From an uncultured bacterium (GTDB lineage Bacteria; Acidobacteriota; DATKUA01), in assembly GCA_965602675.1 (NCBI GenBank), contig CBFCZO010000004.1, positions 6,512-70,511 on the forward strand: a DNA stretch of 64,000 nt. The letters are read 5' to 3'. Position 1 is the stretch's first letter. The number at the start of each line of letters is the position of its first letter. This document shows positions 49,650-59,826 of this stretch, in pieces. Both the position numbers and the translations under genes were made by a program. Below the pieces are notes generated by a model that saw only the letters and a program-made list of their open reading frames with translations, had not been told where the DNA came from and ran no database searches.

Positions 49650-52335
49650 AACGCAAGCCCATGCCCGCCGCGTGCACCAGTTTGCTGAAGCTGAAATCGC
49701 TCACGTAAGGAAAAGCGGAGCCGGAATCATAAAACACCACTCCTCCCAGCTCCCACCAAAGCGGGAAACGGAATTCGAGATTGCTGATCAGCAGAGAGTT
49801 GCCATAGACGGTGAACGGCATCTGTCCTATGTCTTCGGGGCGCGGCTCGCTCAGCTCGAATCCGCGCATCGTCGTGATCCCGTTGAAGAAGAACTGCTCG
49901 CTCAGCGGCAAATCCTCGCTACCCGCGAACGGCCAAGCCAGGCCCAGCCGCGCGCCGGCGGCAAGGACGGAGCCGGCGGGAAGCGGCTTGAAAGTGTAGA
50001 ACTGGAATTGGCTCTTGAAGTAATCGGCTTCGCTCCTCAGCCAGCCGGGAGAATACTGGAAAATCGCGTTGGCGAGGTAGCCGCGGGTCGGATCGACGAT
50101 GTCGTCGCGCCGGTCGCGCGTCAGGATGGCCGACACCAGCGAGAGCCTGATGCTCCGATCGAACCTGCTGATGAAGAATCCCTCGGCCTCGTCGAACAGG
50201 TCAATCCATTTATACTGGTAGCGCCCGATGATGTCCCACCCGGCGATGCGGAATCCCGACGACTCGACCATCACACCCTTGCGCCGTGCGCTGAAACCTT
50301 GCTCCCTGACCTCCTCGTAGAAAAAACGCAGAATATTATCGATGCGGCCGCGGAAGATCCTCGGAGCGCGGAAGGAGATCTGGTAGCGCTGTTGCAGGCT
50401 GGAGACCCGCGTGCTGAAGGAAACCTCGGCATTGCGCCCAGCGATGTTGGTGTTGGAGACGCCGAAGGAAAAACGGAGCTTCTCCTCGCTGTCCACGCCG
50501 ATGCCGTAGAGCAAGGAATAAGGCGAGGTTTCACGAACCCTGACCACGACGCGGCGGTCGCGGCGCCCGAGCTGGTCATCCACTCCGCCAACAACCACGC
50601 GGTTGAACACACCCAGCCTGTAAAGCGACCGCTGGCTCTCGGCAAGTTCCCTGCGGCTGAAGGGATCGCCCTCGCCGAATGTCAGGGCGCGGCGGATCAC
50701 GCCGTCGTGTGTGATATCGTTGCCCGCGATGATTACTTTGGCGATCCGGCTGGCTCTGCCTTCGTCGATTTCGAAAACCAGGTCGCGCGTTTCGGCGCTG
50801 CCCACAATACTGGTGGCGATACGGGCCTCGGCATAACCCTCTGCATCATAAAAACTAATGAGGTTTTCCATGGCCCGGGCTACCGCGGTGGACGATAAAA
50901 CATCGCCCGCTTCGAAGCCGGCTTTTTCCGCCAGCACATCCGCGCTTATCGACTCGTTGCCGCTAAACACGATGCTGCGCGCCCGTGTCAACGGGCCGGT
51001 GTCGAAGATAAGCCGCACGTCGACGCGCCGGTCACCATCATGGCGCTCCACCTCCCGGTCGATCAGGACCGCTTGGCGGTAGCCCTCGTTGCCGACTAAC
51101 TGCAGCACACGCCTGACGTCAGCCTCCAGGTTCTCGCGACTGAAGGTGGCCGTTGCGAACCAACCCTGCTTGGTCAGCGACAGCTGTGGCCTGATCCGGC
51201 TCTCTGTTTCTTTATCGAGCCCCTCGATTTCCAGACGTCCGACCTTGAAACCGGTACCTCTTGCTACAGAGAGGGTGACATTGACGGAGCCCAGCTCGAA
51301 ATCCACCTCCACATTCGACTTCACAGCCGCGTCTATGTGGCCCAATGTCTGCAGATGGCGCTCGATGTTGCCGCGCCCGTTCTCCACTATCCTGTCTAGA
51401 GGAACATTGCGATCCTGGAAGGGAATCAACTCCCGCCAATCCCTTACCACCTCTTCGGAGGGTTCGAAAGAAAGCTCGATCAGCGGGCCAGCGTTCACAG
51501 TCAGCCGAATATCGACGGCGTTGTCCTGCCGGTCGAATTCCGGCTCGCCGGAGATGATGTCGATCGTCAGATAGCCATGCTCAATGTAATGTTTTCTTAG
51601 CCTCCCCAGATCATCCGCAAAAGCCTTCTCTCTGAACGGCTTTCTGATGCTTGTGGAGCTGAATATCGCAAGAATCTCCTCCTCCGACATCACTGGAAAT
51701 CCCTCAAGTTCCAGTTTCCTCAGCATTGTCTGCCCGCCGGGGGCGATGTTTATCTCCAGGCGGACTCCGCCGGTCTCGAGGTTGGTCATATGGTAGAGCT
51801 GGATATTGGCGTTCCAGTAGCCCGCCTCCCGGTAGCGCTCTTCTATCGCCGCCGCGATCGCCCGGCCGCGGTCGGAGCCGAAGCGAGGGTTCCGGTCCAG
51901 CCTCGCAGCGCTGACCACGGCGCGCCTGCTCAGCGGGCCGGCGCCAAGAATCGTCACGCCTTCGACAAGCGGAATCTCCTCCAGCTCGATCGTCAACGCG
52001 ATGCCACCCTCCAGCGGCTCCCACAGAGCCCGCACGTCGCTGTAAACTCCGAGCCGGAAGATATTCTTGAGTGATGTTCTCAGTGCGTCGGGCGAGAACG
52101 GCTCCCCAACTTTCATCTCCAGTAGCTCGAACAACGATTCGCCCGCCTGGGGCAGAAAGGTTATCGACTTCACCTCCGCGCCCGGCGGCGGCAGGGCCTC
52201 CTCCTGGGCAGCCAGCGGCAACGCGGCCGTCAACAACAACAGTATCGATGCCGCAAAACGCATCGCCTCACCTGAAGCTGTGTTTGAGGTGAATGTCGAT
52301 CGCATAGGAACCATCTTCTTCACGGCTGCCGACAA
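49555..52335 (-). CDS. bamA: Omp85-family outer-membrane protein assembly factor (BamA-like): multiple POTRA domains plus C-terminal 16-strand beta-barrel.
   Basis: 926 aa. Signal peptide, about 590 aa of POTRA repeats, a barrel with a Gly/aromatic-rich beta signature, and terminal ...FSFGHAF. Confidence 0.85.
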   Translation of the reverse strand: MSAAVKKMVPMRSTFTSNTASGEAMRFAASILLLLTAALPLAAQEEALPPPGAEVKSITFLPQAGESLFELLEMKVGEPFSPDALRTSLKNIFRLGVYSDVRALWEPLEGGIALTIELEEIPLVEGVTILGAGPLSRRAVVSAARLDRNPRFGSDRGRAIAAAIEERYREAGYWNANIQLYHMTNLETGGVRLEINIAPGGQTMLRKLELEGFPVMSEEEILAIFSSTSIRKPFREKAFADDLGRLRKHYIEHGYLTIDIISGEPEFDRQDNAVDIRLTVNAGPLIELSFEPSEEVVRDWRELIPFQDRNVPLDRIVENGRGNIERHLQTLGHIDAAVKSNVEVDFELGSVNVTLSVARGTGFKVGRLEIEGLDKETESRIRPQLSLTKQGWFATATFSRENLEADVRRVLQLVGNEGYRQAVLIDREVERHDGDRRVDVRLIFDTGPLTRARSIVFSGNESISADVLAEKAGFEAGDVLSSTAVARAMENLISFYDAEGYAEARIATSIVGSAETRDLVFEIDEGRASRIAKVIIAGNDITHDGVIRRALTFGEGDPFSRRELAESQRSLYRLGVFNRVVVGGVDDQLGRRDRRVVVRVRETSPYSLLYGIGVDSEEKLRFSFGVSNTNIAGRNAEVSFSTRVSSLQQRYQISFRAPRIFRGRIDNILRFFYEEVREQGFSARRKGVMVESSGFRIAGWDIIGRYQYKWIDLFDEAEGFFISRFDRSIRLSLVSAILTRDRRDDIVDPTRGYLANAIFQYSPGWLRSEADYFKSQFQFYTFKPLPAGSVLAAGARLGLAWPFAGSEDLPLSEQFFFNGITTMRGFELSEPRPEDIGQMPFTVYGNSLLISNLEFRFPLWWELGGVVFYDSGSAFPYVSDFSFSKLVHAAGMGLRYATPLGPLRVDYSWDLSGYDETLVFSFGHAF

Positions 52336-55300
52336 TCATCATCGTCGGACTCAGCTGATACTCGAGCACCAGCACCTGGTTCGCGCTCTTCGAAAGGTTG
52401 CGCGAGTATATCACGGACAACCGGTCGGTAATCTGCTCGCCAACCGTCATCCGCGGCGAGAGGTTGTTGCTGCCTCCGGCAAAGAACGGGTCGATGCGGA
52501 AGCGGTCTATCCCGAACAGCTGCTCGGCGCGCCGCTCGAGCTGGCCCGTGACCTGGCGGGTGATGAATCCGCTGAGCGCCAGGCCTAACAGCTGCTCCTG
52601 AAGGCGCTCGGTGTCGGAAGGAAACGGATTCTGACGCACCTTGCCGACCGCCAGCAGATGCAGAATGTCGATCGTGCTCTCCGAGGGATCCGATGTCAGC
52701 GTCGGATAAAGACGGTCGGGTGTCCCGTGGAACTCCAGGAATACCCGGTACTCCTTGATCTGCGTTTCCGCACGGAAGTCGAAATGGGGTTCGATCCGAT
52801 ACGGATTGACGAAATCGATCACGCCGCTGGTGATCGTATACCGCCGGTCGCGGTAGAATACCTGCCCCTCCTTAACCTCCGCACGGCCCGTGATAACCGG
52901 CTCGGCGGCGGTGCCGACTATCTGAAGATCAAGGATAACCTCCATGTCAGCGAAGTTGTTATCCATCCTGATGTCCTCCTCGCCGCGCAAAGCGAGGTCC
53001 AGGCGCAAATTGCGCAATTCCTCGGCGGCGACCTGCAGGGGCTGCTGCTGCGCCCGCAGTATCTCCGCCTCGGGATCGAAGCGCCTGGTATAGAGAGCGC
53101 TGCGGACATCTATCTCCCCCGTCAGGATGGAGTCCTGCAGGTTGCCACGCAGGATCAGGGAGGAGTCGACCACAGCATCCAGTTCCTTCGGGATCGACAG
53201 TTCCACGCCTGTGCCTTCGATGTTGAACTGGAAGTCGGAGGGCTGAAGCGCCGCGAAATCGAGCAGAACAAAGCCGTCGAGGTTGACTACGCCCCCGGAG
53301 AAGAAGGCCCTCGCACGCCCGATTTCCACACGCTCGTTCTCGATTCGCAGCTCGCCCTGCATGTTCGACAGCGACAGGTTCGACTCCTTGTGGCGCACGA
53401 AGCCGTCGGTCACTCGCACCAAGCCGTTTATCAGAGGTTTCTCAATGCTGCCTCTGATGTTCAGCTCTTCGAACACCGCGCCGCCGCCGAAACTGAAGTC
53501 GGGGAGGAAATCACTCAGAGCCACGAGGTTCACGCTGCCGTCCAGCTTGAAATTGAGACTTAGGGGGGCGGAGAGGCCCACCGATCCCCCCACATTCAGC
53601 TTGTAGATGCCTTGGTCAATGCTGATGTCGTTGAGATAAACGCGGTCTCCGGCATAGCGGATTGTAACCGGCCCCTCGCTTCCGGCTGAAAACTGCTCCA
53701 GGCCGGCTTGCACCCTCCCGAGCCTCAGCTCGGCCTCAAATCCGGTATCTGCCAGCTTCAGGCGGGCGCTCGCTCCGTTGCTGACCTGGAGATAAAGCCT
53801 TGCGTCTGGCATGAATTCCTGCGCCAACGCCGAAAGATCAATTGAATCGTTCTCCAGCTCGAGACTTATCTCATCGTGGCGGTCTCCCAGCAATTCCGCA
53901 TTAATCTTGTAATCCTGTCCGCCCGATGTGATCGAGAGCGCCGCTTTGCTGCCGTCTGCGCGCAACTGGCCCGTGATGTCGCCCAACGCCAGGCCGCCCG
54001 CTCCTGCTCCCGCAATCGAGAAATCGAACAGCCCGTTGGCGGCCAGCCGATGACCGTTTGCGTCGATGTTTACATCGACGGTTCCCTTGAGCTGCGACCC
54101 CGGCGCAAGCAGCTCGACATAGTTTTCCAACTGAATACCGCTTGCCCGAAGCGAAGCGCGCCAGTCCTCGCTCACCGTGTCGTAATCGACGCTGCCCTGT
54201 ATCCGTACGCCCCCGGGACCCACGGCATCCAGATCGCGAAGCGCCAATCGCTCGCCGAATGCGACCTCCGCCTCCGCGTGATCGAAGCTGATGTCGCGAA
54301 ACGTGAGCGAGCGCACCTTGACCTTGCCGCCGCCGACGAACTCATTGCCGATGTTAAGAGAGAGCTGCCCCTCGCCGATCCCGGTGAGGCCGATTGGCTC
54401 CATGCCGGCAAGGCTTTCCAGGCCGGCAAGATCGAGCTCGGCAAACTCGAGATTGAACTCGGCTTCCGCCGCCTGACCCGGCGGGAAGCTGACCTTGCCC
54501 TGAATATCCATGGCGCTCAGCCCATCGCGAAGGCGAATCTGCGGAAACCGAAGCTCCCCTCCGGCCCACTCCAACCGCATCGTGCCGTTGCCGAGACTGC
54601 GGCCCATGTAACGCACGCTCGAGGACCTGACTCTCAGATCGACTGCCGGATCATCGAGCCTGCCGCTCAACCTCAATACCGCCTGGCCGCTTGCCTCGAA
54701 AGAGCGGACGATCGACGCGATCGGGTACTGCTCCTCCGGCGATCCCTGGTCGAGCCCGAGAACACGGCCAAGGTTGGTCAGCGCCAACGCCACCTCCTCG
54801 GTGCCGACGGAACGGGAACGGAGCACGAGATTGAGACTCTTGGAATCCACCGCCCCGTTGATCCTGATTTCAGAGAGAGGCGTGCGGGCAATAAAATTCT
54901 CTCCAAGGAGCAGTGCGTTATCGCTGAACTCAAAATGCCCGGATAAGGCTACCGGGATATATGTTTGGCTGAATATCTCAAAGTCCCTGCCGGCGCCGAC
55001 AGCAGCCACCGCCTCCCTGTACGGGCGCTCACTGCCCTCCTTCCAGGTCGTGGAAATATCGCCTGAGACAAACAACTCCTCGGGCCTCTGCAGATCGAGG
55101 GATAGGGAGAAAGAGCCGTCCAGCCGGCCCCTGACCTGGATCTTCTCCAGGCCGGCTGCTCTGAGAACCTTAGGGATGTCGAGCTGCTCGGCATTCATGC
55201 GGGCTGTGACAACGGGATTATCAAAAATCCGCGCCACCTCGACGGAGCCGCTGACATGGCCGTCGAGCACATCCGCCTCAAGCTCCTCGCTACGGAGCTC

Positions 55301-56317
55301 GTCTCCGGAAAACACCAGCCTGTTGCGCAGCCTTTCAATCAGAAGGTCGCCGACACGCAACCTCGGAACCAGCGTTTCCGCTTCGGCCTGCAACCGGCCG
55401 TCGGCATATCTCAGGCTGCCGGAGGCCTCGAGCCAACCGGATATAACACCCTGACCCTCAAGGCTCAACAGTCCCAGGTCGGCTTCGAGCTCTACCTCCG
55501 CCGTCGCGTTACCCGTCGTAAAGTCATAGCTGCCCTCATTCACGAACAGCCTCGAGCCGTAATCGCCCCTGAGTCTCGCCGCACCTGAAAGCACATTGCC
55601 GGCCGCCGCGAAGCTCAATCCGATATCCGTTGAGACAGGCTTCAAGCCTGGAAGCGTCAACCGCAGACGTTTGAGCTCGGCATCGCCGCGGAAGGCGTCG
55701 CGACCGGTCTGCTTCAGGCTGAAAGTGACCTGGCCGGAATCCATGCCCCAGCCAATCGCCTGACCGCTGAAAAGCAACTCACCGTTGTAAACATCGAGGC
55801 TCCCGATTCTGACCTCCCCGCCCCCGGCGGGCTCCGTCAGCATGAATTCAGGAAGGTTGTTCTCCCCGTCTGCCGTGTAAACGATATCCACTATCGGCTG
55901 AAGCAGAATCAGCTGCTTGATATCAATCACACCTTGAAGGATCGAGCGGTGATCTACCTGCAACAAGACATAATCGATGTAGAGCGGATCGGGAAGGTCG
56001 GGCTTGCCCGAGCCGACCCTCAAACCCTTGATCAGGACTCGGCCGCCGAGCAGATCAAAGCGCAGCGACTGCAGCGTCACCGGCCTGCCGAGTGCCTCCT
56101 CGGCACCGTCGGTGATCAAACCCATCAGCATCAACTCGAAATCGAGCGATTGGAGATAGAGGCTGGCAAATGCGGCAACCATGGCGGCCGCCAGCAGGCC
56201 GTAAAGCAGAATCCTGCCGACTACTGCCGCCAGCACCCGGAAGAAAGCTCCGGGACCGCTTTTATTTTTCTTTTTCTCTTTCGACATCTTAGGATGGAGA
56301 TATAACACAAAGCACAA
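52268..56317 (-). CDS. tamB: TamB/AsmA-family translocation and assembly module protein (N-terminal signal anchor, long beta-helical body, C-terminal DUF490).
   Basis: 1349 aa. N-terminal TM after a Lys-rich start (MSKEKKKNK probable start at about 56287), a repetitive beta-rich body, and a C-terminal DUF490-like tail (...VLVLEYQLSPTMMIVGSREEDGSYAIDIHLKHSFR). Confidence 0.8.
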   Translation of the reverse strand: MCFVLYLHPKMSKEKKKNKSGPGAFFRVLAAVVGRILLYGLLAAAMVAAFASLYLQSLDFELMLMGLITDGAEEALGRPVTLQSLRFDLLGGRVLIKGLRVGSGKPDLPDPLYIDYVLLQVDHRSILQGVIDIKQLILLQPIVDIVYTADGENNLPEFMLTEPAGGGEVRIGSLDVYNGELLFSGQAIGWGMDSGQVTFSLKQTGRDAFRGDAELKRLRLTLPGLKPVSTDIGLSFAAAGNVLSGAARLRGDYGSRLFVNEGSYDFTTGNATAEVELEADLGLLSLEGQGVISGWLEASGSLRYADGRLQAEAETLVPRLRVGDLLIERLRNRLVFSGDELRSEELEADVLDGHVSGSVEVARIFDNPVVTARMNAEQLDIPKVLRAAGLEKIQVRGRLDGSFSLSLDLQRPEELFVSGDISTTWKEGSERPYREAVAAVGAGRDFEIFSQTYIPVALSGHFEFSDNALLLGENFIARTPLSEIRINGAVDSKSLNLVLRSRSVGTEEVALALTNLGRVLGLDQGSPEEQYPIASIVRSFEASGQAVLRLSGRLDDPAVDLRVRSSSVRYMGRSLGNGTMRLEWAGGELRFPQIRLRDGLSAMDIQGKVSFPPGQAAEAEFNLEFAELDLAGLESLAGMEPIGLTGIGEGQLSLNIGNEFVGGGKVKVRSLTFRDISFDHAEAEVAFGERLALRDLDAVGPGGVRIQGSVDYDTVSEDWRASLRASGIQLENYVELLAPGSQLKGTVDVNIDANGHRLAANGLFDFSIAGAGAGGLALGDITGQLRADGSKAALSITSGGQDYKINAELLGDRHDEISLELENDSIDLSALAQEFMPDARLYLQVSNGASARLKLADTGFEAELRLGRVQAGLEQFSAGSEGPVTIRYAGDRVYLNDISIDQGIYKLNVGGSVGLSAPLSLNFKLDGSVNLVALSDFLPDFSFGGGAVFEELNIRGSIEKPLINGLVRVTDGFVRHKESNLSLSNMQGELRIENERVEIGRARAFFSGGVVNLDGFVLLDFAALQPSDFQFNIEGTGVELSIPKELDAVVDSSLILRGNLQDSILTGEIDVRSALYTRRFDPEAEILRAQQQPLQVAAEELRNLRLDLALRGEEDIRMDNNFADMEVILDLQIVGTAAEPVITGRAEVKEGQVFYRDRRYTITSGVIDFVNPYRIEPHFDFRAETQIKEYRVFLEFHGTPDRLYPTLTSDPSESTIDILHLLAVGKVRQNPFPSDTERLQEQLLGLALSGFITRQVTGQLERRAEQLFGIDRFRIDPFFAGGSNNLSPRMTVGEQITDRLSVIYSRNLSKSANQVLVLEYQLSPTMMIVGSREEDGSYAIDIHLKHSFR

Positions 56318-56382
56318 GCAAAAGCTGTGAGCTGGGCTTCAGATAGCAAGCCACTGCGAGCATGAGATGGCCTGGGCCTCTC

Positions 56383-57618
56383 TCATAGGCTTGCCTTGAT
56401 CGTGAACTTGCTCGCTGGTTTGAGCAGAACATCCTTGTAGAGCTCTGACATCCGGGTCGATATCTGGTTGGCTCGCGCCCAAGCCTTCTTCCGCTTCGAC
56501 TCGTCTCCGCTCTTATAGGCTGTTTGCAGAGCGCGCAATGTCGAACCGAATTCCAGGCCGAGCATTATGATATTTCTCTTTACCGTCTCATCGCTCAGGT
56601 TTTTCATCACCCATGAGAAAAAATCGGCCCAGCTCTTCGCGTTCTCGCGCAGGTTCCGAACCTTCTCGGCCCCCCTGCCTTTCGCCGGCACCTTTACAGC
56701 AAGCCCCAGGGCCATCCGCTCGACCATCAGCTTGCGTCCGGCCTCGTTGACTGCAAGATGCTTGTGAACGATCGCCTCATCCTTCAGACTCAAATCGCCC
56801 ACTCGGTAACGCCGGAACCGATTCTCTGATACCGGCTGTTTGTAGCGCGTTTCTCCTTTTGTTTTTACGCCGTGCTTCTTGAGTATCTTACGGATAGCGT
56901 AATTGGTCGGCTTGTGTTTCTTGAGCTCGACGTGGTTGAGAATGTCCGAAAACTTGCATCCCGAGCGATAGAGCTCGACTATCTTCTGCTGCGCCTCACG
57001 CGGCCAGCGTCGAAGTTCTCCCTTCTTCCAGGTCAGCTTCACTCCTTGGCTTTTAAGGATGTCGCGGATGACGTAGCCGCTCGGCCGGTACTCCTTCAGC
57101 AACTCGCTTTTCCTGATGTCATTGATCAGCATGCCGCTCTCGTACATCCTGACGATCTTGCGCACGATCTGCGGCTTCCAGATGTCGCGCCGGCGGGACG
57201 GGCGGAATTTGACCTTGCCCGCGTTGGCCTCCAGTATCCTCACTATCGTCGACTTGGACGTCCTGCAGTCGCCCACCTCGGAATTAACCGAATCCCGGAT
57301 CGCGCGGATCGATTTGCCCTCGTTGCGCAGCGCGACGATCTTGTCAACCAGCTCCAGTTCCCAGAACTCGGGCTTCCTCTTCTTCTTCCGCCAATTCGCG
57401 CTGATACCGTTGGCCTTGAGGATGTTGCGGATTGTGTACTCCGACGGCGACAGCTTGGTTATTTCAGGGAGCTTCAGAATATCTGAAATGAACATGCCCC
57501 CCGCGTAGCTTTCCACCACCAGTTTCTGATACTTCTCTCCCCAGATTAGGCCTTTCTTGCGCATAGACCCTCCGCGCCGGGCTTCCCCTACACCATTAAT
57601 CCTGCTTGGGCGGCTCAA
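56383..57618 (-). CDS. Highly basic protein with four tandem HTH-like repeats of about 58 aa, plus a C-terminal domain of about 150 aa. Function unknown.
   Basis: The consensus KIVxxYxxGxxxxDIxKxxELKxxxPSxYxIRxILKxxGV is seen four times (aa 32-90, 91-150, 151-208 and 209-268). Slightly lower GC than neighbours. Overlaps the 3' end of the BCCP gene by 23 nt. Confidence 0.5.
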   Translation of the reverse strand: MSRPSRINGVGEARRGGSMRKKGLIWGEKYQKLVVESYAGGMFISDILKLPEITKLSPSEYTIRNILKANGISANWRKKKRKPEFWELELVDKIVALRNEGKSIRAIRDSVNSEVGDCRTSKSTIVRILEANAGKVKFRPSRRRDIWKPQIVRKIVRMYESGMLINDIRKSELLKEYRPSGYVIRDILKSQGVKLTWKKGELRRWPREAQQKIVELYRSGCKFSDILNHVELKKHKPTNYAIRKILKKHGVKTKGETRYKQPVSENRFRRYRVGDLSLKDEAIVHKHLAVNEAGRKLMVERMALGLAVKVPAKGRGAEKVRNLRENAKSWADFFSWVMKNLSDETVKRNIIMLGLEFGSTLRALQTAYKSGDESKRKKAWARANQISTRMSELYKDVLLKPASKFTIKASL

Positions 57619-58108
57619 CCACTGCCACGAGCTGACCCGTCTCGACTGATTGCCCGGATTTGACTTTCAGCACTGTCACAATTCCCGAAATGGGGGAACG
57701 GAGCTCATTCTCCATCTTCATCGCTTCCAGCACGACAATCCCCGTCCCGGCCTCGATCTCCTCACCAGCTTCCTTCAGCACCGCCACCACTCTCCCGGGC
57801 ATCGGCGCAACGAGCTCAGCCGTCCCGCCCACCGCGCCGGGCGTCAGACCCGTTCCCCGCATACGCCGTGGATCCTGCACCTGCAGATGATGCAGCCTCC
57901 CTCCGCTTCGGACAAACCGCACGTTGTCGCCGTTGGGCCCGTTCCATTCGACCACGCGGCCGTCGACGATGCACTGCCGGCGGCCGTCGGGCAGCTGCAC
58001 GTAGCGCACGCTGTGCTCCTTGCCGTCGGCGGAAACACTCTCCTTGTCCGATGCGCGTTCCAGCGCAAACTTGAACGGTTTCCCATCTATCAGGATCTCT
58101 CTCTTCAC
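57596..58108 (-). CDS. Biotin carboxyl carrier protein subunit (biotinyl/lipoyl attachment domain).
   Basis: C-terminal biotinylation motif EAMKMENEL within VVLEAMKMENELRSPISGIVTVLKVKSGQSV. An N-terminal domain of about 90 aa is unusual for AccB. Confidence 0.85.
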   Translation of the reverse strand: MKREILIDGKPFKFALERASDKESVSADGKEHSVRYVQLPDGRRQCIVDGRVVEWNGPNGDNVRFVRSGGRLHHLQVQDPRRMRGTGLTPGAVGGTAELVAPMPGRVVAVLKEAGEEIEAGTGIVVLEAMKMENELRSPISGIVTVLKVKSGQSVETGQLVAVVEPPKQD

Positions 58109-58287
58109 CGGTTCGGATCCGTATCATTATGCTGATAAGTGTTTTACAAAAAGATTCTGGCCCCTTTCAAACCAATATGCAACATTTTTTGAGGACAAAA
58201 TGAGAAAAAAACGCAGGAAAAATGGCAACGTCTATACTTCACATTATCCGCTTCAAGGTTTATTACCGATACCTGCGGCAATCTGCC

Positions 58288-59826
58288 TCAGAGCTTCTTG
58301 AAGAGGTTGGAGAAGCGCCCCATCTTTTTCCACTCACAGGTCTTCTCGCCGCGCCCCCTCGGCACCTCGGCCGACGATTCCTTGACTGCCTCCATCCCCA
58401 GAGCGGCTCCAATCACCGAATCATGCTCCTTGTAGGGGGCCAGCACTTCCCTCTCCTCCGTCAGGATATGGGTGTCATAGTCCCCTGAGACGAATTCCGC
58501 GTGATACATCACGCGGTCGAGGAATGTTGCCGTGGTGATAACTCCGCCAATCCGCAGCTCTCGCAGCGCACGCCGCATGCGCCTGATCGCCGCCTCGCGA
58601 TCCCTGCCCCAGGTGCAAAGCTTGGCGAGCAGCGGATCATACTCCACGGGCACGGTGCAACCGGCATAGATGCCGGAATCAATCCGCACCCCCGGCCCCC
58701 CCGGCCAAAGAATGTGGCTCACGACACCCGGGCAGGGGATGAAATTGCGGTCGGCGTCTTCGGCGATGATGCGGCACTCCACTGCGGCGCCGCGCGGGTG
58801 GATGTCCTCCTGGCTGAAGGACAGCTCGGCGCCCGCGGCGATGAACAACTGCTCGCGCACGAGGTCGATGCCCGTGACCAGCTCTGTTATCGGGTGCTCG
58901 ACCTGCAGGCGAGCATTGACTTCCAGGAAATAGAAATGACCGTCCGGGTCCAGCATGAATTCCACGGTCCCGGCGTTGACATAACTGCAGGCTTTGGCCG
59001 CCTGCACAGCCGCCTCGCCCAGCCTGGCCCGCATCGCCGCGTCAACTGCCGGGGAGGGGGTCTCCTCCACAAGCTTCTGGTGGCGCCGCTGCACCGAGCA
59101 CTCGCGTTCCCCGAGGTAGACGACGTTGCCGTGCGAGTCGGCCAGGATCTGAATCTCGATGTGCCGCGGCCTCTCAATGTACTTCTCTATGAAGATCGTC
59201 GCGTCGCCAAAAGCGGAACCGGCCTCGCTGGCGGCCAACTTGAGGCTGCTCGCCAGCTCCGATGACTTGCGCACCAGCCTCATCCCCTTGCCCCCGCCGC
59301 CCGCTGAAGCTTTGATCATCAGCGGAAATCCAAGACCCTTCGCCAGCGCTTTCGCCTCATCCAGGCTGGCGACGGGGCCTTCGCTACCGGGGACCACCGG
59401 CACGCCCGCGTCGATGGCGATCCGCCGCGCCGACAGCTTGTCCCCCATCATCCGCATCGCTCCGGGCGTCGGGCCGACGAAAACCAGGCCCGCCTCCTCG
59501 CACGCCTCGGCGAACGTCGCCTGCTCGCTCAGAAACCCGTAGCCGGGATGAATCGCTTCGGCGCCGTGGTTGAGCGCCGCGTCGATGATTCGGTCCGTCC
59601 GCAGGTAACTCTCTGTAGATGGTGGCGGGCCGATGTGCGCAGCCTCGTCGGCCAGCTGCACGTGCAGCGCTGTCTCGTCGATATCGGAGAACACGGCCAC
59701 CGCCTCGATGCCCAGCTCATGGCAGGCGCGGATTATCCTGACCGCTATCTCTCCCCGATTTGCTATGAGTATCTTTCTGAAAGGAAGCCTATTGTCTGAA
59801 GACATATGCGCGCAACTCCTCCTCAA
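58288..59826 (-). CDS. accC: Biotin carboxylase subunit (AccC-type) of an acyl-CoA carboxylase.
   Basis: KILIANRGEIAVRIIRACHELGIEAVAVFSD, ATP-grasp, and the biotin carboxylase C-terminal domain. The probable start is MSSDNRL at about 59805. Confidence 0.95.
   Translation of the reverse strand: MRRSCAHMSSDNRLPFRKILIANRGEIAVRIIRACHELGIEAVAVFSDIDETALHVQLADEAAHIGPPPSTESYLRTDRIIDAALNHGAEAIHPGYGFLSEQATFAEACEEAGLVFVGPTPGAMRMMGDKLSARRIAIDAGVPVVPGSEGPVASLDEAKALAKGLGFPLMIKASAGGGGKGMRLVRKSSELASSLKLAASEAGSAFGDATIFIEKYIERPRHIEIQILADSHGNVVYLGERECSVQRRHQKLVEETPSPAVDAAMRARLGEAAVQAAKACSYVNAGTVEFMLDPDGHFYFLEVNARLQVEHPITELVTGIDLVREQLFIAAGAELSFSQEDIHPRGAAVECRIIAEDADRNFIPCPGVVSHILWPGGPGVRIDSGIYAGCTVPVEYDPLLAKLCTWGRDREAAIRRMRRALRELRIGGVITTATFLDRVMYHAEFVSGDYDTHILTEEREVLAPYKEHDSVIGAALGMEAVKESSAEVPRGRGEKTCEWKKMGRFSNLFKKL

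Noticed and set aside
49564-50898. 444-aa plus-strand ORF inside bamA.
   Set aside because: Antisense to the Omp85 barrel region. Composition-driven.
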